A stretch of 64,000 bases of DNA, from IMG/VR virus record IMGVR_UViG_3300042013_000067, positions 128,001 through 192,000 of that record; one strand, written 5' to 3'. Both the position numbers and the translations under genes were made by a program. This stretch comes from a virus (taxonomy: Duplodnaviria > Caudoviricetes). The notes below the pieces were generated by a model, which was given only the letters and a program-made list of their open reading frames with translations, was not told the DNA's origin and searched no databases. Below, one piece after another: positions 41,301-49,701 of this stretch (the first letter of the stretch is position 1; each line of letters starts with the position of its first letter).

Positions 41301-42252
41301 TCACGCTGCGAAGTATGGTATCCCACCGGACAATGGCGATCGTTATCTGCGTAAGGACCCTCGGATCAACGGCCTTATGGGTGCGGAGTTCCTTAAAGGT
41401 AACTACCAGATTCTGGCTAAAGCTTTGGGTCGTGCTCCAACAGACACTGATCTGTACTTTGCTCACTTCTTGGGCCCTGTTACAGCAGCTGGTTTCTTGA
41501 TGCGCGACCGTAACGCTATCGCAGCAAGCTTCTACCCAGCCCAAGCGGCAGCCAACCGTTCGATCTTCTACAAAACCACAGGGCAACCTCGTACGATCGG
41601 TGAGGTCTACGAGATCTTTGATGGTAAGGTTCGGTCACACCGTAAAGGCGGTGGTGGCAGTGATGTCGGTAAGTCTCCAATAGGTCAACCTACTGCTCAG
41701 GCGCAAGCCGATGAGAAGGCACAGGCCAGCGCGGTAACTGCTGACATGAAACCACCAGCGGACGCGATCAATGGTGAGGTGGGTACTCCAACCCCTCAAG
41801 GTAACCCCAATGATTCGCTGACGATGACGGCCGACAAAACAGCCGCTCCAATGCGGATGGGTGATCCATCGCAATCGACCAGCACTCCAGCAGCACCGGG
41901 TGGTGGTAGTTCAACGGTCGTAGGTTCCGGTCAGAATACCCCTGAACGGCAGGCTGCTTTGAATGATGCGATGCAGAAAGCCGCAGCGAGTGACAAGGCT
42001 GCTACAGAACAGAACCAACAGAAGCAGGCTCTGGCCTCTTCGTCGGTTAACTATCTGGAACAGCAGTTGAATACTCAGATTGAGATGCGGGATTTGCTGA
42101 AGACCATCGCAGTTCGACTCGGTACGCCAGTCGCTGCTGCGCCTGCCCCACAGGCGGCTCCAGCTCAAACCGGTAATGATATGGGTAAACAACAACCGTC
42201 AACTGAGCGACGTGCAGGCAACGCTCCAACGCCACTCTCGTTCAAGCGATAG
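35302..42252 (+). CDS. Tail tape-measure-like protein with C-terminal lytic transglycosylase (phiKZ gp181-like)
   Basis: 2316 aa; SLT motifs FASMESNF...SSATGWFQFINSTW...LYFAHFLG; Gly/Ala-rich hydrophobic segments. Confidence 0.9.
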   Translation: MAGKKKLGNKAGSGPMLLGGLDLDDVDSLLDDGGSSQSGKRTPTESIRKLATTASRSMRDRVNTKTVLASFIRTALPDGYTRLLGLYDETKQGIESVVDGVEETEFASLEKLAERFENQLPKLKGKVSDAVYERIKAKIEDRKEDYKLRRQIDQAQTARTRGDYDEKSENLSVDQMFDELQMAEDQNELSKAASDVEHNKLDYDVKRDGIRARLDKTRFDVMNRHLGMIADSTQRSSAYNDSVTYQFQKKSLELQMRSYLAMRSMVKLSSESLLLQKQAYTALVHNTGLPEFMKATEAERTKWFFAEQARNPFRQLVTRTASDAVSNFLPGLFNNVGKKAAGLVRGASQVGEGGMGMLLARLLRDPAENGGAMLGDGLASLLHSTFIPMAARKARPTIKRVSDKLTGGGDSRIAYALDNMASISQNFANDASKSTGVMGRLQGLVKLFAPQFRQDDLIKDGTYQTINQSASFNQMTQRSIVEIIPGYLSRILQETRMIRTGDDTIGREVYDITRGQFTQDKKAQDNLGKRIVGVGARRSITWSLNNTVEEFGAGDGQLSPEAKHALEERLLRDAMEGKHFDPVAYVKASGYAPGTDPAVLNELEKFFKRQFKFGEDGKLGKSAANYAKRQEYSTRFNELRDTVRSPIAEIERLLSSGNHTALRDLGIIKTVEGEDRIDYGVLRDMYRDLGDPNASGPLPTPPSPTSPLLTKLRQRLREARESGRSGMRAAGEGGRTRLREAGDRVREGGRRGMRGARRMRDAGQNLVDSVDLPDSAVVRAAVSAQADAARAHVAAAKDRVQDLMIAGRDGVVIKADEILNGGLIDATTQKVITKVEDIKGEVIDLTGRVRLTRADVTQGLVMANGVRLDLLKHLPTKIPPNVLAMLNQQRLSIGNLIRKEDGVVSRVKDLYLEGANDPVIKAAGIRAGEYIDMASQKVIETIDDISGAVARVDRPDEILFTAQEAATKLIDNTGKRFKSSKLLRGLAAATGHGFGVAAGRFKIGMALIRKGGMLVSKLLKEGLDAYLPGNLQPILQTIKLKRGEYYHSDGSVIQSFDDLRDGVYAADGNLLVDPEDIPHLINRDGTQHTTAKRRGFIRKLGKKLLIGAPTAMLKGIGKVWWKGTKAYYKGMGNMFAKKFGSTVKKADDYNKAGMTPTDGILGQILGVIDRRMPKEEAKDGSWQQKMQEAEANAKAKREGKRGKPQDKSMAGGGLLAGLSKLFGKKGEEDEESGGDTNIDFGGGEGGEDKKGKRVRKKPRGRLGRGWDRLAKTKVGRGVGRMGGSALMRAGAGMGARVGGSALLSGAASMFGGSALSGLATGAASVAGSGLAMAGTAAAAAGTAILSVLASPVVLGALAVGGVAAGGYWLWNRSGKVSGDFRELRLMQYGIDSTGDKLKILELEAYLEQFSVKGTEPKLNINGTDPRKVFEILDIDPSDADEVIRMATWIDKRFKPVFFAWLKAMHQLTPHGTLINELDDKLPDAAKYDFFTIVKTVPVEVYQQLVHPLDSDPIEVTPAEINAKVTELIDEWRDKAPAKDERKTGDTTGAVPIKTRGGEETKAADGSKPEDKSGFYNALKTGAMALVPGLAAGSAIGGLIAKAKEGWAGGILSTLGNAAKLVATPALLGGLVLKSAVSMAGVFKAGKLTTLQAVRVRAYGRMQLDERTIAGLFDSEAKVYEQVRFSSDGQAYYNGNLDTLIAQMGEIFAVDVTDPSSRKAQEFTAWILQRFIPTALAYFAAVKQQGQSITPSRVETALKDDVKLSVANAIMTATYELNGENVSIWKANTFFNNGTADLGALKATAEREILVLKAAADKAKLSSPGTSVKEQENQEKSKARTTAEKIMDGASKLGASLKESFSNFASGVKDTVGGAVTKVKDFFGFGGGDSKSSTAAPANTAYSAAYTPGGTLEQKGSTYSAFAEGNGGAWNSIPLPKANKSRDAAMETLRAIQAMTGVDAELLATFASMESNFDYTVKARTSSATGWFQFINSTWDGMLKAHAAKYGIPPDNGDRYLRKDPRINGLMGAEFLKGNYQILAKALGRAPTDTDLYFAHFLGPVTAAGFLMRDRNAIAASFYPAQAAANRSIFYKTTGQPRTIGEVYEIFDGKVRSHRKGGGGSDVGKSPIGQPTAQAQADEKAQASAVTADMKPPADAINGEVGTPTPQGNPNDSLTMTADKTAAPMRMGDPSQSTSTPAAPGGGSSTVVGSGQNTPERQAALNDAMQKAAASDKAATEQNQQKQALASSSVNYLEQQLNTQIEMRDLLKTIAVRLGTPVAAAPAPQAAPAQTGNDMGKQQPSTERRAGNAPTPLSFKR

Positions 42253-42256
42253 TATA

Positions 42257-42290
42257 AAGCCCTCCTCCAGTCGGAGGAGGGTTCTTTTTC
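42257..42290 (+). terminator. Terminator after the gp181-like gene
   Basis: CCCTCCTCC-AGTC-GGAGGAGGG-TTCTTTTT. Confidence 0.8.
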
Positions 42291-42305
42291 GTCCAGAGGT
42301 TTACT

Positions 42306-44276
42306 ATGGCCGCAATCGATCGTGGTGGCATCTGGTTACGCCACGCATTCCTTATTCCGACAGATAGCAGTGCGAAGTCTTATGGCCACGGTACCAAACG
42401 CCGTCACGCCACATCGGCTGCATTCAAGTTTACGAACACCTCGTTGGGTGGCAACTATGTCATCAACAACCCACCACAGTTTACTCGCTTCTGCGACATC
42501 CGACATCCGGGTCGTGGACGTACGAAAGAAAACTCCAAGTACGGTATGGGTCGCTACTACAGTGAAGCGATCGATGATACCAGAGACGAGATCCACGTTA
42601 CCGTTGGGGTACCGCGGTTTTCCAGCTGGACCAGCTTCTTTGCCAACTTCTATGACCGCCATGCAGCCCTGTTAGCAAACACCGGTCGGGCTACCGACGT
42701 ATGGTTCGAACTGGGTAATATTGGTGGCCACCTCGTGACACTGCCGTTCCAACCGATCATCATCGGGGTGACGGGTGTTAATCGGGTGATGAACTTCCTG
42801 AACAAGTCTCAACCTTCTAAGTGGTATTACTTCAAACCGACCATGCATGCTTATTGGTCTGCAGTAAATACCATCGCCAACGAATTCGCAATTGGCTTGG
42901 GGTTGATCCCTCGGGTCTTTGGTGAAGGCCAGAAGGAGATGGAAGATCCGGGTAATCGGGTAACAGAAGCTGACCGGGCGCGTTTCAACATGATGTTCCC
43001 TGACCTATTCCGTAAGGATGGGTCGATTGACATTATGGCCCTGTCGCTGCGAACCCAGCGGATGTCCAACGCGTCTAAAGACGAGCTCAACAAGATCAAT
43101 GCCCGTGCTTCCAGCATCGACCAGCTGCGTGCTGAAGTCGAACGCTACGCACAGAAGGCACCTGAGGATCCTAACCCTGGGGTCGATGCCCGCAAATACT
43201 TCCTTGACTACATCAAGAATGAGAAGCCTGGTAAAGACCTCACTGCTAACGAGTCGTTCAGTTCGTGGTCTGAGCTTAGTAACGTCTATGGCTTCATCCG
43301 TGCTGCACAAAACGACGGTAGTCAGTTCGTAACGTTCCGGGTTAACCATACCGGCACCGTATCGGAATCTTTCAGTAACCAGACTGAACAAGTCGGGGTT
43401 GCGTCTCAACTGAACACCAAGATTAAGGAAGGTCGTTCGGCCAGCTTTGATTACATGGGTGGTAACATCTCTGACGTTGTGGGTTCTGTGTTCACTGGAC
43501 TTAAGTCGGTTGCAGCAGGTGTTTTGAACTCGGTGAACGCCGGTGGTGTAGCAGTACTGACCGGTGCAGCGTTTGTGGATGTCCCTGAGATGTGGGCAGG
43601 TTCGTCGGCTAACCTACCCACGGCAGAATACACGATTCCATTGCCTTGTGCTTATGGTAACGTGATGTCCCGCTTCATCAACATGTACGTACCACTGGCC
43701 ATGATCCTGCCTTTGGGCCTACCGCTCTCAGCAGGCCGTAGTGCGTACACCTCTCCCTTTATCTGTCAGGTCTTCCAGAAAGGCCGTGTGCAGAAGCAAC
43801 TTGCTATGGTCGATACGATCACCATTACTCGCGGTACCGGTAATGTAGGTTGGAACGCTGAGAAGCAGATGCTGGGTTGTGAGGTATCCATCAGCTTTAA
43901 AGATTTGTCCAGCATTATGCACATCCCAATCAAAGGCGGTTTCGCTGATGGTACATGGTTAGACACAGCGGTGAAAGGTACCGCAGTGTTGGTCGGTGAG
44001 ACCATGGGAGGTGACGCTGGGGAAGCTGCTGCACACATGGCTACTAACAGTGCCGTGTGGGACGAGCAGAGCCTGTTTCAAGATTACGTTGCATCATTGA
44101 CATCACAGTCGTTTGCAGACACGTACTACGTAGGCAACAGGCTAAATCTGAATGTGACGCGTGCTATGCAGAGTTTCACCAACTGGCGTAGTCCGTCCAA
44201 CTTCCTGTCGTGGGCACTCGATGGGGAGGTAGCAAGGTCGCTATCTGCATTTGCACAATCCACCGATCGACTGTAA
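42306..44276 (+). CDS. Virion structural / baseplate protein (phiKZ gp182-like)
   Basis: [31 protein letters not shown]; position directly after the gp181-like gene. Confidence 0.75.
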   Translation: MAAIDRGGIWLRHAFLIPTDSSAKSYGHGTKRRHATSAAFKFTNTSLGGNYVINNPPQFTRFCDIRHPGRGRTKENSKYGMGRYYSEAIDDTRDEIHVTVGVPRFSSWTSFFANFYDRHAALLANTGRATDVWFELGNIGGHLVTLPFQPIIIGVTGVNRVMNFLNKSQPSKWYYFKPTMHAYWSAVNTIANEFAIGLGLIPRVFGEGQKEMEDPGNRVTEADRARFNMMFPDLFRKDGSIDIMALSLRTQRMSNASKDELNKINARASSIDQLRAEVERYAQKAPEDPNPGVDARKYFLDYIKNEKPGKDLTANESFSSWSELSNVYGFIRAAQNDGSQFVTFRVNHTGTVSESFSNQTEQVGVASQLNTKIKEGRSASFDYMGGNISDVVGSVFTGLKSVAAGVLNSVNAGGVAVLTGAAFVDVPEMWAGSSANLPTAEYTIPLPCAYGNVMSRFINMYVPLAMILPLGLPLSAGRSAYTSPFICQVFQKGRVQKQLAMVDTITITRGTGNVGWNAEKQMLGCEVSISFKDLSSIMHIPIKGGFADGTWLDTAVKGTAVLVGETMGGDAGEAAAHMATNSAVWDEQSLFQDYVASLTSQSFADTYYVGNRLNLNVTRAMQSFTNWRSPSNFLSWALDGEVARSLSAFAQSTDRL

Positions 44277-44289
44277 TGGAGCATTGATC

Positions 44290-44535
44290 ATGAAACAAGC
44301 AATCCTGAAGTTCCTCCTGCGACAAGCCTTGACCTTGGTCATGACTGAACGCCGTAAAGGTACGTTGGCTATCGGCCTTGCTGAAGCCAGCCGCCAAGAA
44401 GGCGACAAGCCATTCACCCGTCGTGGTCGTGTGTATCGTTTCGTTAAGGAACATGCTCCGACTGACACCCCGAAGTTTTTGTTGGACTTGGGTACCGAGG
44501 CTGCACAAGCCTTGGACGAAATGTCCCGCAAATAA
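44290..44535 (+). CDS. 81-aa basic hypothetical protein
   Basis: GGAG RBS; followed by a terminator. Confidence 0.7.
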   Translation: MKQAILKFLLRQALTLVMTERRKGTLAIGLAEASRQEGDKPFTRRGRVYRFVKEHAPTDTPKFLLDLGTEAAQALDEMSRK

Positions 44536-44603
44536 AAACCCCTGAAGCGGAAGGTATGGGGAAACCCGTACCTCCGCTCTTTATGCCTTAAAAGGAATGT
44601 GTC

Positions 44604-45008
44604 ATGAGTGAACAGCTGCAATGGTTGGAAGAGAATGGACCCACCCTCTTAAAACCCAAGACCCTGAATTGGGATCGTGGACCGATCAACCCGGATTCTA
44701 ACGCAGCTCACACTTACGTGATCAGTGGCTTCGATCCGTCGAACAATCCTGAGGCACCGGCGGATACTCCAGATGAACTCTTCATCTATTTCCAGAACGG
44801 TGTGATGACTGAGGTCGGGTCTAACGGGGTTACCCCTCAGGTATTGCTCGAAGTGTTGATTGATCGTTACGAAGGTTTCCAACAAGGTCCTTTTGCGTGT
44901 GAAGAAAATGACCGGGCGCTTACTGGTATGCGTGAAGCCCTCCAAGCGATCAACGATCGTCAGGCCGAACGAGCTGAGCGTGGTGTGTTGAACACCATGC
45001 AGAAGTAA
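44604..45008 (+). CDS. tad1: Tad1-family anti-Thoeris signal sponge protein
   Basis: AHTYVI, FQNG....GSNGV..LLEVLIDRYEGFQQGPFACEEN.RAL....EAL..INDRQAERAERGV.NT matches the recalled Tad1 sequence pattern over its full length. Confidence 0.85.
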   Translation: MSEQLQWLEENGPTLLKPKTLNWDRGPINPDSNAAHTYVISGFDPSNNPEAPADTPDELFIYFQNGVMTEVGSNGVTPQVLLEVLIDRYEGFQQGPFACEENDRALTGMREALQAINDRQAERAERGVLNTMQK

Positions 45009-45040
45009 CCGTGATTACCTTGGATTCAAAAGAATCTTAG

Positions 45041-45051
45041 GTCTATATCAC
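45041..45051 (+). promoter_or_regulatory. Early-type promoter CTATATCAC
   Basis: One mismatch to TATATTAC; A-rich upstream; intergenic. Confidence 0.65.
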
Positions 45052-45489
45052 GGACATGGTAATCGGTAATGAACCCAGCCGTGACGCTGTCCAAGGGAAA
45101 CAAACTAAACTTTATCCCGCACGGACGAAGCCGGTTGATTGACTCCAGAATCAAGGACTAGACTCAATCTCCTTTGGATAGCCGATCTGTTAGGTTCATC
45201 GCCAATTTACACCGAGGCATTGCACATGCATCTGAAAGCTTTAATTGCTTCTAACACACGACGCTTCTCTTGGGCGGTCTGTATGGACCGTCAGCTTGGT
45301 GACGATGCTCTAGGAGTCGCCATGGATCTGTTCCCTAGCTGGGTACGATTAGAAGACTCTGCGCAGAATGAAGTGCTGCATGGCAACATCGCAATGGCTC
45401 ACTGGTTCGATGAACAGCAAGTCCCGTTAATCGCTGAAGTGTTGACGAACGAACCCCACCTTCTTACTGACCCACAAGGTACTAATGTC

Positions 45490-45915
45490 ATGACTGACAA
45501 GAACTCTGTTGCAAAATCGATTGCCTATGCTGACAAGCACGATCTCTGGGGCAAGATCACTCGAAACGAGAATGGCACCATCGCCGCCACCGAAGACTTT
45601 GTTGAATCGACGGCTGCGCTCGACGCTGGCATAACCATGGACCAAGTGAAGAAATTCCAGAAGGCCGTTGGCGAATTGATTCCAGCGGCTATCTACGTCG
45701 GTGGCCAACTCGCGGGCGAAGGTTTCAAGGCAGATCCAAACCTGACCGAAACCGGTTTCAACTTCAACATCGGCGGCACTCAGAAAGTGTCGGCGCTGTA
45801 TAACCGCGATAGCAAAGACCACGTGGTCGTTGTTGTCGAAACCACACACCGCAGCGCGGAGTTCCAACGTGTGGTCACCAACTTGAATTCGATGTTCGAC
45901 GACATCAATTCTTAA
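45490..45915 (+). CDS. Hypothetical protein (may have an in-frame upstream extension)
   Basis: CAAGGT RBS and strongly biased codons from MTDKNS; the frame stays open upstream to 45139. Confidence 0.75.
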   Translation: MTDKNSVAKSIAYADKHDLWGKITRNENGTIAATEDFVESTAALDAGITMDQVKKFQKAVGELIPAAIYVGGQLAGEGFKADPNLTETGFNFNIGGTQKVSALYNRDSKDHVVVVVETTHRSAEFQRVVTNLNSMFDDINS

Positions 45916-46002
45916 GCTGGTCGTTTTACCGTGGTAGAAGAAGGGACCCGCGGGTCCCTTCTATTATTCTTTTTTCACCAACCCTCACTATAAGGGAATC
46001 GC

Positions 46003-47298
46003 ATGTCTGACGTTAAACTGGGTCACCTGATCGCTATCGAAGGCAACAATGGCGTGGGTAAGTCCACGCAAATCCAGCTGATCGCTGAGCGTCTGCGCGC
46101 TGCTGGTCACGACGTAGTCCTCGTACAGGAACCAGGTAGCTCTGATTTGGGTGTTCACCTGCGCAAGATCCTCAAGGACCAGCGTGAGATCAAACTGAAC
46201 TACACCACTGAACTGCTGCTGTTCGGCGCACAGCGCGACGACATGTACCGCAAGGTCATCCGTCCGGCGCTGGATGCTGGCAAGGTGGTTCTGGCTGACC
46301 GCAGCTACTTCTCTACCTATGCCTTCCAGGTGCATCCATTCATGGAGCAGAACCAACTGGTCCTGCAACTGTTCAACCTGATGACCAGCATCAACGTCAG
46401 TCACTTGGGCAACACACCGGTGATCGTGGTTAACATCGCCATGGAAGAAGCCGCGCGTCTGGAGCGTCTGGCTGGTATGGCGAAGCGTGAAGAAGACGCG
46501 TTCGAAGAACTACCGGCCGAGATTCTGGCCAAGGTCAACGAAGGCTACCAACTGCTGGAACGTCAGCCGGGCGTCACTACGTTCGATGGCACCCTGCCGA
46601 AAGATGACCTGGCCGATATGATCTTCGATCAGATCCAGGTCTGCATGAACCAGCGTGTGCAAGAAGATGCAATCATGCGTGAGCAGGCTGCTGCCGCGGC
46701 GAATGCGCCAGAGCCAGAAGTTGATGCGGAAAACACAGCTGAGCCAGTTGAGCCGGTTATGACCTTGGCTGCTTTGGAAGCTGAGATCCTCGCGGCGACG
46801 CAGCACCACGTCGAGCAACTGACCGGTATGTACGGCGGTAACTTCGATGAACATCGTGCTGAGTTCGATGCCAAGGTCGAACTGCTGCACAAGTGGATCA
46901 AAATGCACATCGCTGAACTGGCGGCCAAGCGTCCTGACGGCATCCCACAAATGGAAGGCCAACAGCGTGCTATGCAAATCACCGGTAACATCGGCACCAT
47001 GCTGGGCGGCGTCATGACCCTGATGAACATCGGTGACATGGTTGCGGCTCAAGAAGCAGGTGAAGGTCAAGCGGCCCCTACCGAAGAAGCTGAATCCGAA
47101 GCGTCGCAAATGGCCAACGAAGCTTCCGGCTATGCTCGCGGTGAAACTCCGGTAATGCAACACGTCGACGAACTGGGTCTGGTTGATGGTGAGTCAGGTC
47201 TGGAAATGCGTGGTGGTTATACTGGCGGTGTGCAGTGCGACGAAGCCGGCTTCAAATCTGAAGGCGTGGAAGGTCGTAACGAAGCACCAGGCCAGTAA
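46003..47298 (+). CDS. tmk: Thymidylate kinase with long C-terminal extension
   Basis: IAIEGNNGVGKST P-loop, EPG, ELLLFGAQR, VLADRSYFSTYAFQ; AAGGGA RBS. Confidence 0.92.
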   Translation: MSDVKLGHLIAIEGNNGVGKSTQIQLIAERLRAAGHDVVLVQEPGSSDLGVHLRKILKDQREIKLNYTTELLLFGAQRDDMYRKVIRPALDAGKVVLADRSYFSTYAFQVHPFMEQNQLVLQLFNLMTSINVSHLGNTPVIVVNIAMEEAARLERLAGMAKREEDAFEELPAEILAKVNEGYQLLERQPGVTTFDGTLPKDDLADMIFDQIQVCMNQRVQEDAIMREQAAAAANAPEPEVDAENTAEPVEPVMTLAALEAEILAATQHHVEQLTGMYGGNFDEHRAEFDAKVELLHKWIKMHIAELAAKRPDGIPQMEGQQRAMQITGNIGTMLGGVMTLMNIGDMVAAQEAGEGQAAPTEEAESEASQMANEASGYARGETPVMQHVDELGLVDGESGLEMRGGYTGGVQCDEAGFKSEGVEGRNEAPGQ

Positions 47299-47315
47299 AC
47301 TGAAAAGAAACTGAG

Positions 47316-47325
47316 ATCTATATCA
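47316..47325 (+). promoter_or_regulatory. Early-type promoter CTATATCAC
   Basis: Same core as 45041; A-rich upstream; intergenic. Confidence 0.65.
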
Positions 47326-47407
47326 CCATGCTGGTGGGTTGTACAACATTCGATGTCCGAATCTGTATATCCACCGTATGGTGATACTCAATAACGAGGA
47401 GCAATGT

Positions 47408-47980
47408 ATGAAATGGTTTTCTGCTGTATTATTGACAGCACTCGCGTTAATGGCTAGTCCAGTATGGGCTGGCTGTGATCTGTCCCAGTCCGGCGTACCG
47501 ATTGCGGTGCGTGGGCAACTGGAGACGCAGTGTCTTCAGGCTGAAGCGAAGCTCAAAGAGCAAGCCCAAGTCACCGATGCACAGAAGCTTTCGGCTTATG
47601 CTGATGTCGCTACCCAACTCGCCAAGGCGGTGGGTATTGCAGCGAATGAGCTGGGCGTAGCTGTGAACGAGTTCATCAAGACCCCGGCGGGTATCCTGAC
47701 CATTGCGGTGATCTTGATTAAAGTGTTCGGTAAGCTGATGGCATTGATCTTCGTGGCTATCATTGTCTGGACTGCTGTGGCCCGTTTGCTGAAACACCTC
47801 TGGTACAAAGAGACTGGCGAGACGATGGAGATCAGTGGTTTCCTCGGTTTCGGCAAGAAAACGGTTCCAGTGCGCAAGCGTGTTACCTACAGCGAGGCTA
47901 CCGAAGGTCAGGTATTCATTACCGCATTATTGGTGCTCGCCGCCATCGGCTCCCTAATCCCAATTCCAATGTCCAGCTAA
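47408..47980 (+). CDS. Exported/membrane protein (signal peptide plus TM helices)
   Basis: GAGGAG RBS; signal peptide MKWFSAVLLTALALMASPVWA, Cys pair, three hydrophobic segments. Confidence 0.8.
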   Translation: MKWFSAVLLTALALMASPVWAGCDLSQSGVPIAVRGQLETQCLQAEAKLKEQAQVTDAQKLSAYADVATQLAKAVGIAANELGVAVNEFIKTPAGILTIAVILIKVFGKLMALIFVAIIVWTAVARLLKHLWYKETGETMEISGFLGFGKKTVPVRKRVTYSEATEGQVFITALLVLAAIGSLIPIPMSS

Positions 47981-48145
47981 AATATACTCAGCTGGTTATT
48001 ATATGTGAAGGTCCAGTGCGTGGTCCTCTATCTTTTGGTTGGAAGCGGAAAAACGTGCACGCACTGCGATCGACATAACCCTCCCCTCCCCCTTCTTGGG
48101 GAGGGTTTTATGCTGCCTTACAAACATCCCTTTGAGGAATACCCC

Positions 48146-48712
48146 ATGCACAATAACCTCCCGATTGTTAATCTGAAGCAACCTGCCCGTGTAGCGACTG
48201 ACGCCGAGATTGAGTTGTTGCTGCAAGACCTGTACGTCAAACCACGTATTAAAATGCGTGAGCACGATGTGGCTACGGTGTTGGCATTCATCGAAAAGAA
48301 CCGTTTGGCTAATGGCATGGTGGTGGTATACGACCACCAAGGTATTTACACCAAGTGGTGCCGTCATGTGCGTAACACGATCGTACCGGACACGAACTCT
48401 AGGTTACACGACCTCCAGATCGATAATGCGTTTGCGGTTGAAGGGCATAATGCAGCAGGCGCTTATCAGCGCGTGGTGTTCCGTCAAACCCGCTTGGGTT
48501 GTGGGCGTATCCTGTATCTGGAACGCATGGGGGCTGAAGAAAACTCCCCATGGCGTTTGGCTGTATCCGACGGCTGGGTGAATCTCCCACGTTTGGCCGA
48601 TAACGAACCCGATCCGAAAGCACACGCCATGCGTGACGGTGTGCATGTCCCTGTGTTCACTGAGCCCGCTGATCAAGCCGTACGTCTGGCCAGCGCTAAC
48701 TCACTTCTGTAA
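48146..48712 (+). CDS. Hypothetical protein
   Basis: GAGGA RBS before MHNNLP. Confidence 0.75.
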   Translation: MHNNLPIVNLKQPARVATDAEIELLLQDLYVKPRIKMREHDVATVLAFIEKNRLANGMVVVYDHQGIYTKWCRHVRNTIVPDTNSRLHDLQIDNAFAVEGHNAAGAYQRVVFRQTRLGCGRILYLERMGAEENSPWRLAVSDGWVNLPRLADNEPDPKAHAMRDGVHVPVFTEPADQAVRLASANSLL

Positions 48713-48722
48713 GGAATGCTTT

Positions 48723-49136
48723 ATGTCAATGCCGGTAAGAGAGCAGTTCAATAACTCGACGTACTACAAACAACCATTACCTGCCGCGATAGCTACCTCC
48801 CGACTGTGGCAGTTGGTCTACGGTGAGTTCCGGGCGCCGATGTATATGGCCGTGTTGCGTGATCGTCTTGAACGTTTCGCTAAGGCTGAGTACGACCATA
48901 CAGAGGCGTTGGTTATCATCCGGCTCCTTTCGGTATGGTCGTGTATCTCCGATAACCGGCGGACTGAATGGCCTGTGGTTCGTCAAATGATCCGTGTGTT
49001 CGTTGATAGATTACTGAGCACCACTGACGGCATCGCTGCAATCGAGCCGTGGACAGTAGTGACTCCAGCGTGGGTTGATGATGACTCACAGTGGTCCGCC
49101 GTAGTTATCGAACCGTATCACGCGTTACAGCGCTGA
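48723..49136 (+). CDS. Hypothetical protein
   Basis: AAGGA RBS before MSMPVR. Confidence 0.7.
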   Translation: MSMPVREQFNNSTYYKQPLPAAIATSRLWQLVYGEFRAPMYMAVLRDRLERFAKAEYDHTEALVIIRLLSVWSCISDNRRTEWPVVRQMIRVFVDRLLSTTDGIAAIEPWTVVTPAWVDDDSQWSAVVIEPYHALQR

Positions 49137-49207
49137 CGGACATAAGCCCTCTCCTACGGGAGAGGGTATCTCTTTCTTTCTATGTACACAACTAGACAGG
49201 AGGTATT

Positions 49208-49375
49208 ATGGTACCCTGCTTTAAACTATCGCCACGTCGCCTAGCGGCACTGGATGAGAAAGTAGATAACCGAGCTAAATCGCTGGCTATGGTTAAACGC
49301 TTCCAGGATGCACAGAAGCAATTAGAAAAGGTCTGTGCCGATAAAGGCATCCCTGTTCCAGTGATGGTCTGCTAA
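49208..49375 (+). CDS. 55-aa hypothetical protein
   Basis: AGGAGG RBS; MVPCFKLSPRRLAALDEKVDNRAKSLAMVKRFQDAQKQLEKVCADKGIPVPVMVC. Confidence 0.75.
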   Translation: MVPCFKLSPRRLAALDEKVDNRAKSLAMVKRFQDAQKQLEKVCADKGIPVPVMVC

Positions 49376-49383
49376 AATATACT
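49371..49383 (+). promoter_or_regulatory. Possible middle promoter GCTAAAATATACT (second copy at 47976-47988)
   Basis: Exact 13-mer occurs twice; resembles the recalled phiKZ middle motif AAnnnTAC. Confidence 0.45.
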
Positions 49384-49394
49384 GGACAGGTAAT

Positions 49395-49700
49395 GGTATA
49401 CGGGGATGGCGGTGATTCGCTATTCCTGTACATTAGCTCTGAGTGTTCCCCCAACCGGGCGCGTAGCCACGCTCATTAGCTTCTTAGCAACACGAAACCG
49501 TAGGGTCTAAACAGTTAGTCTGTTAACTGTGGACGATCTAGGAGGCGCAGCGCCAAACCCTAATAGGGTAGTAAGGGTAAGACAGATACTTATCCAAGCC
49601 GCAGCCCGACACCGAGCCGAAAGCGTACGTAGGCACTTGGCCACTGGGGTAATCAGTGGATACCGCTACTCTAGTTCCCCTGGGGTAGTGGTAAGCGAAA
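49395..49700 (+). ncRNA. Candidate ~300-nt structured ncRNA of unknown class
   Basis: At least five clean hairpins found by hand, no credible ORF, upstream AAAATATAC motif and its own downstream terminator. Confidence 0.6.
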
Positions 49701-49701
49701 A

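Noticed and set aside
45090-45140. GGGAAAC...GGACGAAGCC resembling a c-di-GMP-I riboswitch
   Set aside because: The GAAA tetraloop hairpin and the GCAAAG element are missing, and a competing 13-bp helix uses the same bases.
49540-49600. Resemblance of CCCTAA...AGGGTAAGACAG to group I intron P8/J8-7
   Set aside because: No GACU-type P7 pair or P3 at the right spacing, and no interrupted host gene.
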